DNA from: Sphaerodactylus townsendi
Lineage: Eukaryota
Reading direction: 5' to 3'
NCBI RefSeq assembly: GCF_021028975.2
Contig: NC_059429.1
Location: 74,028,001-74,092,000, forward strand
Length of the DNA stretch: 64,000 nucleotides
The position numbers and the translations under genes are program-made. Shown here one piece after another: positions 11,196 through 24,009 of the stretch; within the stretch, counting starts at the first letter, position 1, and every line of letters begins with the position of its first letter. The notes beneath the pieces were generated by a model that saw nothing but the letters and a program-made list of their open reading frames with translations, made no database searches and was not told the DNA's origin.

Positions 11196-11896
11196 GGTGG
11201 GACCTTTTCATGTCCATTAAATTACAAAGAATAGCTTTATGTGAGTCCATATTTATTGTGTGGATTCTGAAGAGTTCCATATTACCAGCTGTCTTAGTGT
11301 TATCTGCACTGCTACTGTTTTGTAAAATCCTACTTGAACGTATAATGGGTGGATATTGGTGTACTTTGTATATTGGTGGGCTTCCTTTAGAGAACAGTTA
11401 TTTGTCACAGGATGTGTAGGGACCCTTTCTTGCCCTTTATGACTCAGAGTTCCAATTTTAATATCTATTTCTGCTTTAGAGATCCCAAAAGTCAAACCTT
11501 CATTTAGCTGTTTCAATTGATAGTAATATTTCAGAGATCCAAGCCTTGGGAATCCCCTGGCTGTGGCACTTTTACCAGAAGGGTAGGAACCTTCCTGATC
11601 TCATCAGGCATTCTACAGCCTGGCTGAGAAAACTAGAAAATGCTATTTCAGGTAGTCCACAGCTGAGGCAGACTGCCAGAAGAAAGATGTTTTAGATGAG
11701 TTTTCAAAGTTGGTTTGCTATTGTGTTCATATATAACAAGAATGGGAATCTTTGTTTTAGAAGACTTTTATGTTGGACAGAGGAAAACTAGGACTGCAGT
11801 CAGTGAAACTTACTTGGAAGTAAATGTATGGATAGATTTGTTGACATCACTAGAACTTGCTGTTACTTAACCATGAGTAGTAACCATGTTACTTAA

Positions 11897-11965
11897 CTGT
11901 GAGTAGCAGAGTGCTGGACTAGATGGACTCTGGTCTGATCCAGCAGGCTAGTTCTTATGTTCTTA
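11897..11965 (+). mobile_element. Extreme 3' end of a CR1 LINE
   Basis: GCTGGACTAGATGGACTCTGGTCTGATCCAGC...GTTCTTATGTTCTT, nearly identical to the end of the CR1 at 26622-27083. Confidence 0.8.
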
Positions 11966-13329
11966 ACCAAGAGAGTGCATGGAATACAGTACTTAAAAAA
12001 AGTTTCATTTTCTGCTGAGGTTCAAAAATCATGCTTAGGATTAAAAGTATAAATGCCATTTAGTTAAAAAATAACACCTTTAACAGCTAAAGTGTGGATC
12101 GTATGAAATTCAGTAAATGATTAATCCCAAGCCAGGATAATAGCTGTCAAGTCCATCTTGGGTTTACAGCATTTGTATAATTTAAGTGATGCTGCAGCAA
12201 AAGCAGTGTGTCACAAGAACTTTTTGTTTTTGCAACTTTGACCAGAGCTGTAATATTTTAATTGCTAACTTATAAAGATTGCATTTATACATCGTCAGAT
12301 CTTCTGTGTTACAATATTGTAATTGGACCGATTGTAACCATTTTCCAGTACTGTTAACTAGAAAATGGTCTGACAACTTTAATCCAGGGAAGGTTCTTTG
12401 CAGCCTTCCAATAGTTTATTCCCCAATCCAGTAAATGGGTCTGCTGTGAGTATAATAGCGAAGAATACCGTTAACAGCCGGTATATATCCGGTTTCAATG
12501 TAGCTTCTATTTTTATGAAGATATGTGTATAACTGATTCAGCCTTGTATATTATAGTCTAATGCCAAAATGCCTTCCTCAACTTTCTCTGTCTGTTCCTC
12601 ACTATGTCTGGATAGGTTATCCCTTCGATAGATGTATCCAATCTAAGATCAGAGTTCACTTATTGCAGTGTCGTGTTACTCAGCTTAAATTAGTGGGTGT
12701 GAGAAAGGGGCCGTGGGAATTTAAGACACCTGTATTTGCTTCCTGACTCTTAAGCATAAGGTATAAGCATGTACAACACTAGTGCTTTGTAGATGTTGCT
12801 CCATCAGCATCAGTTTCGTTAGGCTGCATGCATGACCCCCAAGGAAGCAACTGCTGCTGAGAAAGAAGGAATGTTTCTTTGCTGCTTACCTTCCAGCATC
12901 ACTATCATGCACCTGTTCAGGATCATGAAAATAATACTGGTGGCCATAACATAAAGAGGGTGAGACTAAGGAGGAGTTACAAGAGCCTGGACTGAAAGGA
13001 GAGGATCTGGATCAGTCCATAGAGTACATGGAGGGCTCCTGCATCTATCGTTTTTCTGCATTTTGTTGTTTGTTAGTACCTCTTTAGTATGAATATGCCT
13101 CGGAATGGGAAGATTTTGCTTTTAATCCCATGAGCAGTCAAGGCTCTGAAAAACTCTTCTATCTTCCCTGAAACTGTTATTATCTGAGGAATCAATATTC
13201 CTAAGTGGATGGGGTTGGGGAGAGTAATTCTTAACTGCAGAAAATGATTAGTGCCATCGGCATAGGAAGAGTAGGATTTTGCCTGACTGTTTTGCATGGC
13301 TCATGCTACAACTTGTGTATTTCTTGCAG

Positions 13330-13989
13330 GGGTGCATAGTGATCCGCTTCATAGCTCCCTGGAGGTTGGTGTTCTTTTCAGAATCCATGGGTGTACGGTC
13401 TCTGCAGAACCTCGCTAAGAAGTTATTGGAACTCCTCTTTGACTACAAGGTGGACATGAAGCCTTTGCTTTTTCATGTCTTCAGCAATGGTGGTGTCATG
13501 CTGTACCGATACATTGTGGAGCTGCTCCACACTCACCAGCAGTTCCGGCATCTTCGAGTGGTGGGTACTGTGTTTGACAGTGCTCCTGGAAGGAAGAACT
13601 TAAGGGGTGGTCTCCGTGCCCTGTCAGTTGTCTTAGGATCAACCAATGTGTATGTTAAGTACTTCCTCCTCCTGACATTTACAGTCCTGGTTGTGACATT
13701 GCGGATCTTGCTATATCCTTTGACCCGCTTTATACATGAGAACCACTACGATGCCATGTTGAAGCAACCCTCTTCCTGGCCTGAGCTCTACTTGTACTCC
13801 AGCGCTGATAATGTTATTGTTGCTAATGATGTGGAGACCATGATAAAGGCCCGGCAGCAACAACGGGTCCCTATAAAGGCTGTGGACTTTATGAACTCTG
13901 CTCACGTCAGCCACTTTCGGGCATATCCATCCTTGTATGTGATTCATTGCACCTCCTTTATGTACAGTTGCTTACGTTTACTGAAGTGA
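13330..13989 (+). CDS. TMEM53: TMEM53 coding exon 3 (GCIVIRF...to stop); DUF829 alpha/beta-hydrolase-fold nuclear envelope protein, 280 aa total
   Basis: Acceptor TTTCTTGCAG; motifs LLFHVFSNGG, GTVFDSAPG, a hydrophobic segment, WPELYLYSSAD and VDFMNSAHVSH all match vertebrate TMEM53. Confidence 0.97.
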   Translation, partial: GCIVIRFIAPWRLVFFSESMGVRSLQNLAKKLLELLFDYKVDMKPLLFHVFSNGGVMLYRYIVELLHTHQQFRHLRVVGTVFDSAPGRKNLRGGLRALSVVLGSTNVYVKYFLLLTFTVLVVTLRILLYPLTRFIHENHYDAMLKQPSSWPELYLYSSADNVIVANDVETMIKARQQQRVPIKAVDFMNSAHVSHFRAYPSLYVIHCTSFMYSCLRLLK

Positions 13990-14047
13990 CAGATGTGAAG
14001 CGAAATCAAGCATCTGCTGTCTCTGGATGGAAGCAAATGCTGCTCTG

Positions 14048-14053
14048 AATAAA
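14048..14053 (+). terminator. Candidate proximal poly(A) signal of TMEM53
   Basis: AATAAA 59 nt after the stop; a distal candidate lies at 15980-15985. Confidence 0.4.
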
Positions 14054-17000
14054 AATCTGATTCTGATCTCGCTGTAGAGCAACAGTTTTCTTAGAACCCA
14101 AATAACTCAAATTCTCAAACATCTGAGCAGCAGCAGAATGTCGGTTTGTGAGACAAATGTGGGAAATCCTAGAGTGTTGCAACATATGGTATATTCCTTC
14201 CACTTGACCTTGAAAACAGAATGTGGAAAGTGTTCTGTACAATGGCTGTGTACGGTTTGCATTTAAGAATATGCACGCACTAACATGAACAATCTTATGC
14301 CAAGAGGGGCTAAATCTATAAATTTGAGACATGTCATATATTTTCCTGTTTTGTGTAGTTTATCTTCTGGGGTATGGAAGCCCTTCTTCCTAACTAGCAG
14401 TAATCTCATTTAGCCTTCTCTTTGGTTTCTGTAATTTTATTAGGCACAGACGTTCAAGCTTATCTGCGCTCAGAATTAAATACTGTGTTGGTACTGGTGG
14501 GGAATTGCAGAATATCCAGACCCCTGCCTTATTTCCATTTTGTCCTGTTGTTAACTGTTCTATTTGCCTCTGCTGTCTCTTCCTTTCTTGTTCTCTTCCC
14601 CCCACCCCATCCTTAGCCTTTATGTGAACATAAAGCAATAGCAGTGCCTTTCTCTGCTACCTTTGTTCATCCCTGCAAACATTTCAGTGGATGCTCTGTA
14701 ATCTCTAGGCTGCTGCTTGTGTCAGTCCTGCCATCTGGCTAGCAGCTTTTGTTTAGTTAAGGAGAGAGGCAGAGGCAGGAAGTAGCCCCATATTCTCAGT
14801 TTGGGTACACACTGCAGGAACTTGTATCTGACCAGAGTATTGCATATCCCTTTTGTGGTGCACCTTCTGAATTGCCTGTGGCCAAATGAGAACTTTGTAG
14901 TCCATATTTAGCTTGAAGAATTGTCAAACTTGGTTCCATAAACAGTCTCACAGATGCACCTGTAAGCACTAACTGAAAAGAAGATCAAGAACATTCTTTG
15001 GACACCTGATGAGTGCAAGTTGGCTGGAAAGAGTATAGTAGTATAAAACATATTAATTGCTGTAGCCCTTATTCTGTACCTTTGAAATATCAGTTAAACT
15101 CTTGGCACTCAATATTTAGAAAAGTTAGATTTACCCATTTTGCAGTGCAGTTCTAAGCAGAGTTTTATGCCCTTTGAAGGGCATGGAAGTAAATGGGTTT
15201 AGAAAGTTGTAACTCTTCTATGACTTGTACTATTAATGTTTTTCCCCACCTCCCTTCCAATTTTGGGAGGTTCTTCAGCTTGCACACATGGCTTTGCATG
15301 CCCTTTATTTTCTGATGCATGCCTTTGTAACCACAGTCCAGTTACTCAGAGGATTTTGTTCCTAGCTCTGTTGTACTTTGAGAAGAACTGAGGAGATTCC
15401 TGTGGGATATGTACTGAAGTACTGTGGAACAATAGTAAGCTTTAGATGATATGGGAAGAATAGGTAGTTAGGTCTTCAAAGACCTGATTTCTGGAACAGT
15501 GGCACTTAAGTTTCTGGTTCCTGAAAAATCAGGTTTATAAGCCTGTGGATTGATCCTACCACATCTGTCTTAGTTGTAGCTTTGAGATCAGGAGTTTTTT
15601 TTTTTTTTTGCAGATCTAGGCCAGAAGTCACCAGTGCTTTTTAAAATGTGAGCTAGTTCTGAGTATTGAAAAAGTCCCAAGTATGCCCCCCACCATGTAA
15701 CCAAGTTTTGTTCTGTCCTAGAAATATTACATGGACTAGAAAGATAATCAGAAATGAAGTTGTCAGCTAAGTAGCGCAGAAAAATACAATTAAATGAAAC
15801 CAGATTTTTAAAGCTTAGAGCAGTGTTTTTCCTGGGTCTTCTAGGAGTTGCATGAGCTCTGCGGCAGTTGGCAAACTGCTGGTAATTCATGAACTATCCG
15901 TTGGAGACCCCTGATGTAGATATACCTTATCTGTCAATAGGAACCCATATTTGTCATCCCTTTGAACATAATACCACAAAATAAAAGAAAATTACTGTAC
16001 TGCATCCTCAGTATTAAAACAGCTGACATTTTATGGCAGCAGATGCTGTAATTGAAAGAAAGTCTGGCAAATATGTGCAGATTATTTCTTTCTGTGCCTT
16101 CTTTCTGCCTCAGAACTAAGCACCCAAGATGAATTTATGTGAAGCAACAGAAAAAATGGGCATTAAAATGTCTGGACCTTCATATTTTATTCTTTGCGAT
16201 ATAGATTTAAGTATTGGACTTGACCTAGGGAGACCCTTGGTTCAACTCCCTACTCCCCATGCAGATCTCTACTCCAGTCAGAATTATAAATCTTTATGTC
16301 AGGTATGATAGGAAATTCTCTTAACTGGTATCTTTCTGCCTCTTGCCCATGTCCAGTTTGTGATGGGCTGTGCTGGCTCCCAGCCCTGGGTGTTGCTTTT
16401 TTCCCTTCATTCCATGCTGTAAATACCATCACGTTGCAATGTTAACGTACGAACTATATTAACCATAAGTTAGTCCCTCAAAATAGAGGTTTTCGTTAAC
16501 ATCCTTTCTGAATGAAAGGGAGTTAAACTAAAAAAAACTGCACAAGCAGAAACAGGGCCTACGGGTGTGGAGCTCAGTGCCCCAGCACTTAGAGGCAGAA
16601 GAGAGGCTGAATTAAAAATCTGGGGAGGCAAATGTGGATCTCTCAAAGGCTGTCTCAGTGTCCATGATGCTTGATTATTGGTTATTTTTTCTGCCAAACA
16701 GAGTTTGAACAGAATTGTTGCCATCCGAAGCTGTACATGCAGCATTTTAACCTTTCTTACCTCTCTGTCTTTCCCTGTTCCCAGACTCTGATGATGACTG
16801 AGTTTATATAGCACTTCTAGTAGTTGGAACAACTACTTCAGAACTACAAGTTTGTGCAAAGTGGGACTGAGAAACAACCACAAATGCCTACATTCAGCAG
16901 TTCATGTCACTTAAGCAGCTTTCTTTTGAACCACAACAGTCTGGGGTAATCCAACCTGAAAATATTTAAACCTAACATAAATAAAAGCACAGTAAAGCAA

Positions 17001-18720
17001 GCTCAAACTTTTTTCCTGATAAAGACTGTTGAGAATTGCTAGGTAAGGGACAGTGTACCATTGTGCTATACTTGGTGTGCCAGGGCCCTTCCAAGGCACA
17101 GTTTTACTGCTAGCCATGAAATGTATGGGGGGGGGGGGGGGCGCAAAGCAGGGATGGATACGTAGTTTGTGGTATTGGTACTAAATCTGGCTGGATATAG
17201 TTCTGGTTTCCTCAAGGAGATGGCACTTGCTTTCGTGAGTTTCATGAGTCCGTAGACAGGAAAAGAATCGCAGTTGTTGCAGCATAGTTATGTTTTCTTG
17301 TAGAAAAAGACATAACTGCTTCCTACCTCTGCTATGCATCTAGAAACCTGATCTCAGGTAGCCCACTGCATAACAGTCTTCCATTTTTGTCCCATACCCA
17401 GAAGAACAGCATTTGTTCTTTCACTTTCATTACTGGAATAGTGCAGTACAGTAATTTCCCCAGTAGCGTCAGTAATTCAACCGAACAGATGGAACTTGAA
17501 CTCTGGTCTGTAACTCTTTTCTTTGTTTACTCATTTCTTTGTCTACTAATTTCTAGATTTTTCTCAAAAAAATTTCTAATACAAAGGCTGACCAGGTTTT
17601 ATTTGAATGTATGTAGATCCAAGAGAATGGGGCTAAGGACCAAAGGCCATTGGGGTCCAAGCTGGTTGTGGGGTCCAAGCTGTGCACTGTGGGGGTTTGG
17701 AGTGGGGCTACATTTCAGATCAGCATAAAATGGATCTTGAGGAGGGCAGTATTGTCTCTGCTGCCTGCACACTTTGGTTGCCTCTGACCTCTCGTTTTGA
17801 TTAATGAGCTGACAATAGGGTATTGATAAGGAATTAACCTTGAGCCCTTCTTCCTTCAGTGTCAATAGACCGGGAGCCAAGTACACACCTCGCATTGGAA
17901 ATCTCTGTTTGGCTGCTCAGGATCTCGGTGCACATTGACATGTGAGGAGACACAGCCCGGGTCTCAGGGCAAGGAAGCAGGGCATGAATGCCAGCCTTGC
18001 GTGATGTGTGTGTAAATGAAGTCTCACAAATCCCAGCTGCTGCTTTTCAAAGATCCTGCTGTAGTCCCTCACCCACATACCTTCTCCAGTACCACTTCAG
18101 GGTAGATTGAAGTTTTTTTCTGAACTTAAGTAAGAGGGGATGGTATTTGTGTAAAATATGATTATGCTGCAGTGATGATTAAACCATGCAAATCTGCATA
18201 CATTTTTGCATAGTTTAGTTTTATGTGGATTCCCATTGATGTTAGGAATAACTATGTAGTAGACAATAAGGAAAGAGAGTTGTAAGCCATGTACAGGAGT
18301 AGACATCAGGAATCATGGAAAAGTTGAAGTAAGATAGGTCTTCCCTGGCTGCAAAAACTTGTTCAAAGTTTCTTTCATTGTTTTGAGTATTAGGCAGCTA
18401 ACTTAACTGCATTTTCAGTTTTTTCTCTGGCACAAGGAAGTCTACATGGGGTTTCAGATTTTAGATAGATGCATACTGTTAACTTCCAAGGTGAACATAG
18501 ACCTTATAATTCATAGACCTTGCTACTCATGTCATCTGCTGCTGCTGCAGTGACCTCTACGGCCATGTCTTTATTCATGGGTGGTGTGTGACCGTGGTTT
18601 ACAGGTACCTGTTTCATAGTAGTTATTGAGTTATCCATTATCTGCGTTTATATCTACATATCTCAACCTTGATCCAAGATGTACGTTCTAGAAATGGGAT
18701 GCAGGCTATAGTTTTTCTTT

Positions 18721-19230
18721 AAGAACATAAGAAAAACTCTGCTGGATCAGAAGAAGTCCATCTAATCTAGCATAATGTTTCATACAGTGTCCCGTCAATT
18801 ACTATGGAATGCCAACAACAGGAGACAGAGGCCAAGGCCTTCCCCTGATGTTGCTTCCTAGCATAGGTGTTAAGAAGTTTTCTGCTTCTGAACATGGAGG
18901 TATCCTTTAGTCATCCTGGCTAATATCTGATGATAGACCTATATAAATTCCCTTTTAAAGTTCTTGTGACAATCATTATACTTTCTTACAGTGCATTTCG
19001 TATTTTAACCACTTGCTGAGTAAAGAAGTATCTCCTTTTGTCCGTTCTGAATCTATTGCCCAAATCTGGATGCCCCAGAGTTCTATTTTGGGAGTGGAAG
19101 AAAAAAAATCCTGCCCAGTCTCTGTGCCCCGTGCATAGCTTTATAAACCTCTATCCTGTCCTTCCTCCCTGTTTGTTAAACCTTTTCTCATTAGAAAGAT
19201 GCTCCAACCCTTTAATCATCTTGGTTTTTC
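18721..19230 (-). mobile_element. CR1 LINE 3' fragment
   Basis: Begins AAGAACATAAGA...GCTGGATCAG (reverse CR1 tail); AAAGAAGTATCTCCTTTTGTCCGTTCTGAATCT is the reverse of RFRTDKRRYFF. Confidence 0.8.
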
Positions 19231-19399
19231 TTTTTTATTTCTATTATTTACAGTCTGCCTTTCTCTCTGAGACTCAGTCAGATTACGCAATGTAAATGCG
19301 GTCAAAAGGATGATGTGTCCAATAAGGAGTGTAATAAGACTAGGAATTGTAGAAATGTGAAATTGAGGTGTTGTTTCAACAAAGCATAACCCTATATGG

Positions 19400-19990
19400 T
19401 TAAGCTCTGCTAGGAAGACCCTGGACTGAACTCTTGTCCAGTTTCTTTGGAAGTTCGCAAATGCTTCTTGTGTTTCGGACATCACTCTCAGGGTGGAATT
19501 TAGCAAAGAATCATTAGAAGCCAAGGCCTGGCTTTCTGCATTCCCTCGAAGGCTCAAGCAAGTTTTTAGCAATAAGGGGCATTTGCAGGAAGTGGAATTG
19601 GATTCCTTTAGCTCTCCTTGGATGAAACCTCTTAATGAAAAGTTGCTGACCCTTGGCATAACACCTGTCTGATGAACAACTATGGCAATCAGAATACTCT
19701 TGACTTAATTAAGAAGTGTATTACAAATCTTGATTATTTGAGTGCTTAGAGCATGTTGTGTCTGCTCCTCTCAATATTTTGGTACCCCCCCCCCAAAAAA
19801 AAAAGATCTCTTCTGTCATATGAATCTTATTTAAATGTCTCTTGCTATGAAAGAATCTTTCCCTGGTTGAGGAAATCCATCTCAGGTTTGCCCAGGAAGA
19901 TTTCTGAATATTCCAACCGTCTTTCCCTTTTAGATAGAATTGACACATCCTTTCCTATTCTTTTTTGAGTGCCCAATTGTAGAGGATCTT
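19400..19990 (+). mobile_element. Degenerate LINE ORF2 C-terminal fragment (RTE-X-like)
   Basis: + frame QFLWKFANASCVSDITLRVEFSKESLEAKAWL...DSFSSPWMKPLNEKLLTLG, later IKKCITNLDY and PGRFLNIP; resembles the post-RT region of squamate RTE-X-type LINEs. Confidence 0.5.
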
Positions 19991-20175
19991 TAAAAGGTAA
20001 GCGTGCAAGCACCAGGTGACATCACATCACAACACTTACCAAGCAGAGTGTGTTTTGGGAGGTGATACACTTTACCCTCAGCAAGCTGGGTAATTTTACC
20101 AACTTTGGAAGGGTGAGAAGCTGTGTCAACCTTGAGCCAGCAACATCAAACCAGCTTCTGTTGGGATTAGAACAT
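19991..20175 (-). mobile_element. Sauria SINE (Squam1) fragment
   Basis: AAAAGGTAAG..GTGCAAGCACCAG tail; CAGCAAGCTGGGTAATTTTACCAACTTTGGAAGG...GCTGTGTCAACCTTGAGCC. Confidence 0.75.
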
Positions 20176-20247
20176 CTTTTATTACTCTTCTAGCTTTCCA
20201 TTCTGAACTTTAAATCTCAGATTTTTTGTATTTTTTGTTTTGTGATA

Positions 20248-20449
20248 ATGAAGCTGCCTTCACACAGGTGAATCAGATCATTGGTCCATCAAGGTCCGTA
20301 TTGTCTACTCGGACTGGCAGTGGCTCTCCAGGGTCTCCAATTGAGGTCCTTCACATCACCTACTGCCTTGTCCTTTTTAACTGGAAGTGTCAGGGACTGA
20401 AACTGGGACCCTCTGCATGCAAAGCAGAGGCTCTTCCACTGAGACCCAG
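20248..20449 (-). mobile_element. tRNA-derived SINE with CR1-like tail (Squam2-like)
   Basis: Reverse reads tRNA-like head CTCAGTGGAAGAGCCTCTGCTTTGCATGCAGAGGGTCCCAG and tail GATGGACCAATGATCTGATTC...AAGGCAGCTTCAT. Confidence 0.75.
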
Positions 20450-22189
20450 TCGCTCCCAAGTTGATCTTAGCGGTATAGCATGATGCCTCTAGCACTGTGG
20501 GTGGGAATCTGCATTCCTGTCACTGTCATTCCCAACTATGAATCTGACCAGCTGCAAGCCTTTTAATTTGATCTCCTTGCACAAAAGCTCAAGCCAAAGC
20601 ATTACAGATTTGCCTTTTTGTTTGATATGAGCCAATAGAACACTCATCTGAGTCAGCTCAGTGCCAGTTTCCCCCTAGGATCAGAATTCTAATTGGAGGC
20701 ATCTCAGCAGACCTGAAGCCCTGAATCATCAAGCTCTGCCCAGACCTAGTTAAGGAATGAGCGCTAGAATCCAAAGGGCTGTGGGGGGAGCTCTTGGCAT
20801 TTGAGTATCACTGGTAGTGAACCACCTTGCTGGTAAATAGAACATCTCTGTTCAGGGTCCAGGCCTCCATGGTTTGGACAGTTTGTTTAATTAATTGTTT
20901 AGCCTGATTTCCATAACAAACTGGTGGCTTGTCGTCAGTGTGGCTTGCTCATTCATTACCGTTAATTAGATATGGATCTCCCGGAAGGCGGCAGAGAGTG
21001 ATGGACGAGTCTCCTGACACGTGCTATTATGCATTAGCATTTTCTCAATACATTCAATAGATCATCTCTCTCCTCTTTTTCAGAAGATATTTTAAATAAA
21101 ATATTAGCTGCTCCCATCAGTGAGATTTATGCTCCCCCCAATACTCTCTGCCTCATCTGCCTGGGCAGGAAATAGTTAATGATTTCTATTCTCTCTCCAC
21201 CCCCACCCCCCACAAGCCTGAAGATAGTATCCAGGGAAGAGGAGTAAACCTCTTTGACCCATCTGCTCATATTGGGCATCATCACAATCCTTGTGGAGCT
21301 GGAGGATTTATTTGAAGGCGAGAGATGGTGGCAGCACAGGGAACAAAACTCATTTGTCGTGCTGGAAGATGTTCCAGTTCAGGCTCTCTTGCCTTTCCTT
21401 ATCGCTTCCATTGGCTTTTGATTGGAACTTTGTTTTCTGAATTCCCAGTGATGTTAAAGGATGCAGCTTGGCTCCTCTCCTCAGGGTTAAACCCCAAAAG
21501 AAGTTAAATAATGAACTAATAATATGAGAAGTGGTTGAGTTGTACAGATAGTACTTTGCCTCTTGTGAGGCAAAAGGTGACACTAGGAATTGCCCCCACT
21601 CCAAAGAGAGCTGCCTTGGATCGACCTGTCTGCATGATGTTTGTACACTTGCAGCTAATGGCGCCACTTCCACCTTTTGTGTTGCCCACCAGCCTCTCTT
21701 TCACTTAGTGTTAGAGCCAATGTAACTCTATACCTGAGCCTATGGCCTCCTAATGTATGCCCTTATAGATCTGTTTGGGCTGAGCTTGGATCTCTCGCTC
21801 TCTCCATGGTCAGAGGAATGACCAAATAATGCAGCTGCCCTGACTTCATTACCAAAGTGTTTAACAAACCTGACACCCTCCTTCACTGCACTGCGTGTGA
21901 CGTTAACCTTTGACCTCCCTGTGCTGTATTGACAGCATCAAAGGGCAGCTGGGAGAGGCGCACACTGGTCAATCTTAATCGTTTCTTAGCTCTCAGTTGG
22001 GATAAGGAAACAATTAAAGGGCCAAGCAGGTGGTTTCAAGGAAACATGGGCAGTGCCTGTACTGGATAGTTCCAAAGTCTGTCTGATTGTCCCTCAGAAC
22101 AACAAGACCTTGTGGTTGTGCTTTACAAACAGGTAAGAATGCTACTTGTTATTGGATAACAATTTTATTGTTCAAGGCCCTCAGATCCA

Positions 22190-22345
22190 TTATTACGGTG
22201 ATCATTACAACAGCGCTAACCGGGTAGGCTGGCATGATTATGTCCATATTGCAGATGGGAGACTGAGCATGAAAATAAAATGGCTTGCTTAATGTCATTA
22301 GTGCATTTGTGATTTTGGTGAGCTTTGAACAAGTGACTTCCTGTA
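22190..22345 (-). mobile_element. MIR-like CORE-SINE remnant
   Basis: TATGTCCATATTGCAGATGGGAGACTGAG...TGGCTTGCTTAATGTCA resembles the MIR core. Confidence 0.5.
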
Positions 22346-23189
22346 CTTCCTCAAATTCTCTTGGCCTCCCTGTTCCATACTGACTTCTGATATTACAAAG
22401 ACCATGATGACATCTCAGAGATTAGATTGTGGCTAGAAATAGGGCTTTCCATCTTTTCTCAAAATTGGGCTACAGCTATTTTTTCAGGCTTGGAGATTTG
22501 CATCCTCTATAGAAGTGATTGATGCTGCCACAAAAATTAATGTTCTTCATGTATTGGCAGCAACATGGGACATTGATTCAACAATACTATGGCCTTGGGG
22601 AATGCTGGTAATTTCTGTCCCAAGGAAAGATATGGACATACTGAAGGTGAAAAATCCAGATGATAAAAAATCCTGAGGGAAGACTGCTAGAATATGAAGA
22701 ATTGTTGAAAGTGGTGAAGGGACCAGCTTTAGCTCATCTCCAGCAAATAAAATCCAGAAGGAATATGTGAATAATGGTTCTAACTTCTAAGGAAAGAGAA
22801 ATTATCCAGTCACTTAGGTGGTGGTGGGCTATGTCTGCAGAAGTAGGCTTCCATGCTTGCAAATGAAATGAATGCAGATATGCTTTCATCTGCATTTCAG
22901 TATTTCTCTAGTGCATGTTAGACTAGGCAAATGGGTTTCGGGATGTGCATGGTGAAGAGCTTTCCCATGCATTGGGTGGTGGGGTTGTTGTAGAGTACTA
23001 GTAGCTGTGTAGGAAACAAAAGTATACCCAGGTGCTTTTAAATTTCCTCTCCTTGACCAACCGTCAGAAGAATGTTAATGAATGGCAAGTTACTGTTTGG
23101 TGCTGAGGGTACAATAAGTCAGCTAGGAATAAATGAATGGAATCGAAACCTGGAAATTTGAAACTGTCACACATCTATCATCATCATTT

Positions 23190-23660
23190 GATTTAATATC
23201 CCAGTCTTCCTGTTGAAGCGGACTCAGAGCAGCTAACAATATAGATAAAATGTAATTTATATAAAATCTTAAAATACAAATTATAAAACTCATATAGAGA
23301 TAGCACTAAAACCAAATTAGGGTAGGCTAATACATCACCACCCCCTGATTTAAAGATGGAGAAAGGAGGGCAGCAAGAGGGAGGGAGGGAGGCCAGCCAG
23401 CTAGATATCTCAACTCCCATTTCTGTGCTTGACTATAAGCCTGGCAGAACAGCTCCGTCTTACGGGCCCTGTGGAATAGAGAGAGCTCCCACAGAGCCTG
23501 GGCCTCATTCGACTCAGCATATCCACCAGGCTGGGGCTGGGACTGAGAAAGCCCAGGGCCTAGTTGAGGACAGCCTGTGCATCTTGGGCCAGGGCTGTTA
23601 CTGTCAGAGTGAAGAGCTCTCTGGGGGACATAACAGGAGAGGCCAACATGTTTATACAAC
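23190..23660 (-). mobile_element. L2 LINE 3' fragment
   Basis: Reverse encodes ...AFSVPAPAWW...EAQALWELSLFHRARKTELFCQAY (L2 ORF2 end), followed by AT-rich 3' UTR and TTGTTAGCTGCTCTGAG..GGGATATTAAAT end. Confidence 0.75.
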
Positions 23661-23675
23661 TTGGATCATAAGCAA

Positions 23676-24009
23676 ATCCGTTGCTCCGTTTGTTTCAGGT
23701 TTATTGTTGATATAACCATCAGGCTTTACAGTATATCAAAAGTAAAAGGCTACCCTGAGATCTCTTGCTGGTAAGCAGCATATAAATATCTTAAGGAACA
23801 ATCAAACAAAAAGAATATTTTGAAGCAGTCAGAGTGTGTGTGTATACATTTGAAGCACTGACTGCTTCAAAATATTCTTTTTGTTTGGTGGTTCCTTATT
23901 TATATACCATTTACCAGCAAGAGATCTCAGGGTAGCCTTTTACTTTTGATATACTATAAAGCCTGACGGTTGTATCAACAATAAACCTGAAACAAACTGA
24001 GCAACGAAT
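23676..24009. repeat. Long inverted repeat (~155-bp arms, ~25-bp spacer)
   Basis: 23676-23832 is the near-perfect reverse complement of 23858-24009. Confidence 0.95.

Noticed and set aside
13279-13329. N-terminus of ORF 13279-13989 as an intronless TMEM53 start
   Set aside because: Intronic; a good acceptor at 13329 splices in frame to exons 1-2
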